From NCBI GenBank assembly GCA_030704615.1, contig CM060731.1, positions 5,890,001 through 5,954,000 on the forward strand: a stretch of DNA of 64,000 nucleotides. The letters run 5' to 3'. The translations under genes and the position numbers were made by a program. Positions 60,401-64,000 of this stretch are shown in pieces. This DNA is from Takakia lepidozioides (taxonomy: Eukaryota > Plantae > Bryophyta). Position 1 is the first letter of the stretch; every line of letters begins with the position of its first letter. Under the pieces are notes generated by a model. The model saw only the letters and a program-made list of their open reading frames with translations. It ran no database searches and was not told the DNA's origin.

Positions 60401-61795
60401 TGCAGGACTTGAGGATGGGGGTTAAATCGCAATTCCACTTGCAATGGACTGCTCCGGTATAAGCAAAAACGTCTCTACGTGCCAAAGGGAGGGATCAGAG
60501 ATAGCCTCTTGAGAGAATGCCATGATAGCCCGCTTGCGGGCCACGGCGGAGCCAAGCGCACTGCGGCACTCTTGAAGAAAGAGTATTTCTGGCCCAAACT
60601 GAGGGAGGAGGCAGAGGAGTATGTCAAGACATGCACCACATGCCAACAAAACCGGAGCGAGTACAAAAAGCAAGCGGGGCTGTTACAACCCTTGCCGATT
60701 CCAGAGGGGACTTGGGAAAGCGTCTCGATGGATTTCATGACTGCTATGCCGCTGTCAAAAGGATTCGATGCAATCATGGTGGTGGTAGATAGGTTCAGTA
60801 AAATGGGCCATTTCATCCCCACCAAGGAGACGGCAACGGCGCAGGAGACAGGGCGACTTTACTTCGCCCACGTCTTAAAGCATCATGGAGTCCCGAAGGA
60901 TATTGTCTCGGACCGCGATCCAAAGTTTACGAGTAAATTCTGGAGAGCACTTTGGAAGAAGATGGGGACGAGGCTGAAGATGAGCACCGCCTTCCGACCT
61001 ACGACGGACGGCCAAACAGAAAGAGTGAATTCCGTAGTGAAGCAATTCTTGCGGAATTACGTGTCGGCAGACCAATCAGACTGGATGGAACACTTAGACG
61101 CGGCAGAGTTCTGTTATAATAACACAGAACACTCCGCAACGGGAGTTTCCCCTTTCGTATTGGTCTATGGAAAAGCACCTCTGGTGCCGACAAGTTGGGC
61201 CGCCCAGGACGTTGAGGAACCGGCAGTAGCGGCGGTACTGGAAGAACGCGAGCGTTTGTTGAAGCTCGCAAAGTACAACATTGCCAAAGCCAGGAAACGG
61301 TATGAAAGGCAGGCGAATCGGAAGCGGAGGGAAGTGAAGTTTGAGGCAGGCACAGAGGTCTGGTTGAACATCAAGAATTTCCGACTACCTCCGGAAGTGA
61401 GTCCGAAGTTCGTACCTCCGTATGCGGGACCCTTTCGCATTCGGAAGGTTATGAATGAGGATGTGTATGAATTGGAGCTGCCGGCAAACAGCAAGGTGCA
61501 CCCAATATTCCATGTCTCCCTTTTGAAGCCTTACTTCAAAGATGAAGCGCGTCCGAATCGGCATCAAGTGTTGCGTCCGCCACCTATGCTGTTGGATCAT
61601 GAAAATGAACCTGAGTACGAGGTGGAGGCAATACTTAAGTCGAGGAGGTTCAAGAACCGAGAAACGGAGTATCTCGTCAAATGGAAGGGCTATCATCATG
61701 TGGAGGCATCTTGGGTGCGTGCCTCAGAAATGGGAAACGCATCCGAGGCGGTTGCAACTTTCGAAGGGCGACCTCAAAAGCGGAAGAAACGTTGA
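57408..61795 (+). pseudogene. gag-pol polyprotein (gag, CCHC, protease, RT, RNase H, integrase, chromodomain) with stops and frameshifts
   Basis: [51 protein letters not shown]...C..C, SMDF, SDRD, TDGQTERVN and EYEVEAIL...YLVKWKGY...SW. Stops at 57622, 58867 and 59148. Confidence 0.95.
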
Positions 61796-62701
61796 TGGGG
61801 ACATCAACCTTGGAGCGTGGGGGAGGAAATGCATGCTTAGCCCGGCTTAGCTAGCTTAGGAATCCGATTACAAAAACTTGTATTGTACAAAAATTTGTTA
61901 TAAAGGAAATGGGTTCCAAATGTTGTGCGTCCTATTTTGTTTGGAATGGTGATGCATGGTATGGTTGGCTAGTGTGTAGAATGCATGCTAGCTTATAAAA
62001 GTGGGAGAGGTAAATTGGGTTAATCGTGTGTTTGCGTAGTGCCGAAATCGGGTGACCCCCATCCAAGGGGCAAGGAAACTTGCGACTTCTTTGGGAGTTC
62101 ACGTGCTAGTGCGCACCTGGCGCGTGCGCGTACTATAACTGCGCTACCGAGGGGGTTGCCTTGTAGTGCGGGCTAACGCGGAAGCTACGTGCTTCCGTTC
62201 ACGTACTATAATCGTGTAGCCTCGGGACGAAGTCGTAGTTCGGCTTCGGCGTGTTCTCGTACCTCAAGCCAGCATTCCAAGGCGGACCCAATTGTAGTGA
62301 TTGGGGCGCACGGTTGGTTCAAGGTTATCTTCCTAGTCAAAGAGGGTTCGAGGTGAACCCTTGCTCAAGATAATGCCAAAAGCGGCATCATGAGCGGTCG
62401 CAAGCAATGTTGTTGCAGTAAGGCGATTCGATCCTCGGGGAGGATCGTTCCTTGGCCTTGAAGTAGGCCAAGAAGAGTGCACTGGGAGGAGCTGGAGAGG
62501 CTCCACCCTTGGCCGGGACTTGGAGGAAGTCGGCCGAACTAGCTAGTGGAGAGTAGAGTCAAGTGTGGGGTTTGGTTCTTTGCCATGGGACGCCATGGTG
62601 CGGAAACAAACTCCTTGATGTGGGACGCCACAACTTGGATGTTCGTTTCTACAAAATGGACAAGTCGATGAGGACATCGACTCCCTGTTGGTAGGGGTGT
62701 G

Positions 62702-63426
62702 TGTCGCGGCCCTTCGCCTTGAGGGCAGGGGGTCGGGACACATGAGGGGCTGCCCCTGTAGTGGGGGCATCGGCAGTGATAGGTATGGGGGGCTGAAGCA
62801 CCCTTGAGTGCCCAAGGCACTCAAGGAGGCGGAGGCGCTCACTAGGTGGAGCCCCGCACACCGGGTTGCGGTGGGGGTGGCTCCACAAGGGGTGGTGGTA
62901 GCTTAGCGGGACTTAGTGGGGGTGGCATAGGACTCACCATGGGGGCGGAGACCTCGTGGTGGGAGTCGTGGGGAGTCTTGGGACTCATCACGGTCCATAG
63001 GGGCCGTGATGAGTGGCCAAGACTCACCGCGACTCATCACCGGGAGTCGAGGGTTTTCGTGGTGGTTCGCCATAAAATGGCATGGCTGGTTATGAAACCC
63101 CCACGGACAGCTACAGAAGTATATATAGGGAGTAGTAACCCCGAGAACGGTGCAAGCCCGTTGGTGACCAAAAACTAGTGAGTAAGCGAACGAGCCGGAA
63201 AACGACCAAAGAGTGGGGAGCTGTTCCGGACTGCCATCTACCAAAGGGAATTCTCCTAGTCCCAAATAGGTGGAGGGTTTAGAGGGAAGCGAAGGGGGAC
63301 CGTTATGTCCCGGTGAGCAGCCGAAGCTCCAAGTTGGCCCGGGCGGCCAGGTTGGGAGTCAGGCGCGCGCATCAAAGCGAGTAACTATGACTTGAAGGGG
63401 AGCTTACCGAAGTGAGATGCGCGACA
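62702..63426 (+). repeat. 3' LTR
   Basis: Near-identical to 56627-57352; followed by the TSD. Confidence 0.95.
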
Positions 63427-64000
63427 CATTGGCCAGCAACGGCTACCCACACAGGCGATCGAAAATGACTGGGGCTAGAAGGGCTTGACAGAGAAGGTGC
63501 CACGACATCACGGGAAGAAATTGTGCTAAAACCACCGCCGTCCTAAAACCACCGACCTTGGTATTTCGGCGCCAAAATTCCCAAGGGCAGTGTGCTAAAG
63601 TGGTGTTTTGAAGACATCCACCGGGGTATTTCGGTGTCGAAATTTCCTTTTGACGAAATACCCAAGTGGAATGTGCTGAAGTGCCTTGTGCTGAAGGCTT
63701 CCATCGTGATATTTTGGTGCAGTAATTCTTTCGTGGAATTTTATAAGGCCCATATTATGAAGGCGCACATTGGGCTATTTCGGCGCCGAAATTCCCAATA
63801 GGAATGTTAGAAACGGCAGGGTTTTCATGGCTTCAAGTTCGCGGTTCGCTGGTGTGCATAAATTACTTGTAGGGTTATTTACTTAAGTTTGAGTCTATTC
63901 TGCTTTTATTATTACATTGTGGTTAGCGAAAGAAATGTAGGGAATCGGACATGCAGTCTGAACACAATGATTTTTGAAATCGTTAATATTTTCATTAAGT

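Larger units (their letters stand above)
56627..63426 (+). mobile_element. Near full-length Ty3/gypsy chromovirus LTR retrotransposon
   Basis: LTRs at 56627-57352 and 62702-63426 (TGTCGCG...CGCGACA). 5-bp TSD CATTG (56622-56626 and 63427-63431). tRNA-Met PBS at 57355-57366. PPT before 62702. Confidence 0.97.
55371..64000. mobile_element. Mutator-like composite element, copy C (left end; continues off the window), interrupted by a chromovirus
   Basis: Starts TTACTATTTCATGAGCCCATGAGCCCATGAGCC, the reverse complement of the A/B end motif. B-type palindromes at about 55523, 63563, 63627 and 63777. Confidence 0.55.

Overview
Eukaryotic, intron-containing DNA from a land plant. PLS-class PPR fragments, a plant-type CASC3 gene, short introns and chromoviruses suggest a seed-free plant such as a bryophyte (inference). 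The only clearly intact host gene is a 9-exon CASC3/Barentsz (28032-33926, minus strand); most of the rest is nested transposons. The main finding is a family of large Mutator-like (MULE, DDE+SWIM) elements present as three partial copies: A (1-17188), B (about 40200-46836) and C (55371-end). Copy A shows the full layout: a transposase, divergently oriented from a multi-exon gene that appears to fuse a ParB/Srx-like domain (DGNHR) to a beta-class amino-DNA-methyltransferase-like domain, plus small orphan cargo genes. Its non-coding DNA, including introns, carries arrays of a family-specific palindrome: GGAAATGCGG-YR-CCGCATTTCC in A and AATTTCGGCGCCGAAATT in B/C. Repeat spacing is about 52-53 bp and 63-64 bp, close to 5 and 6 helical turns. 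All three copies share a CATGAG-repeat/AATAGYAA end. Other contents: two copies of one Ty3/gypsy chromovirus (both nested in these elements), a TTAA-flanked piggyBac-like element, hAT and Harbinger-like MITEs, a second MULE remnant with its own palindrome array, the 3' half of an LTR element with an extra ORF, PPR pseudogenes, and a probable LINE fragment with a 2A-like peptide. All homology calls come from motif recognition by eye; no database search was run.
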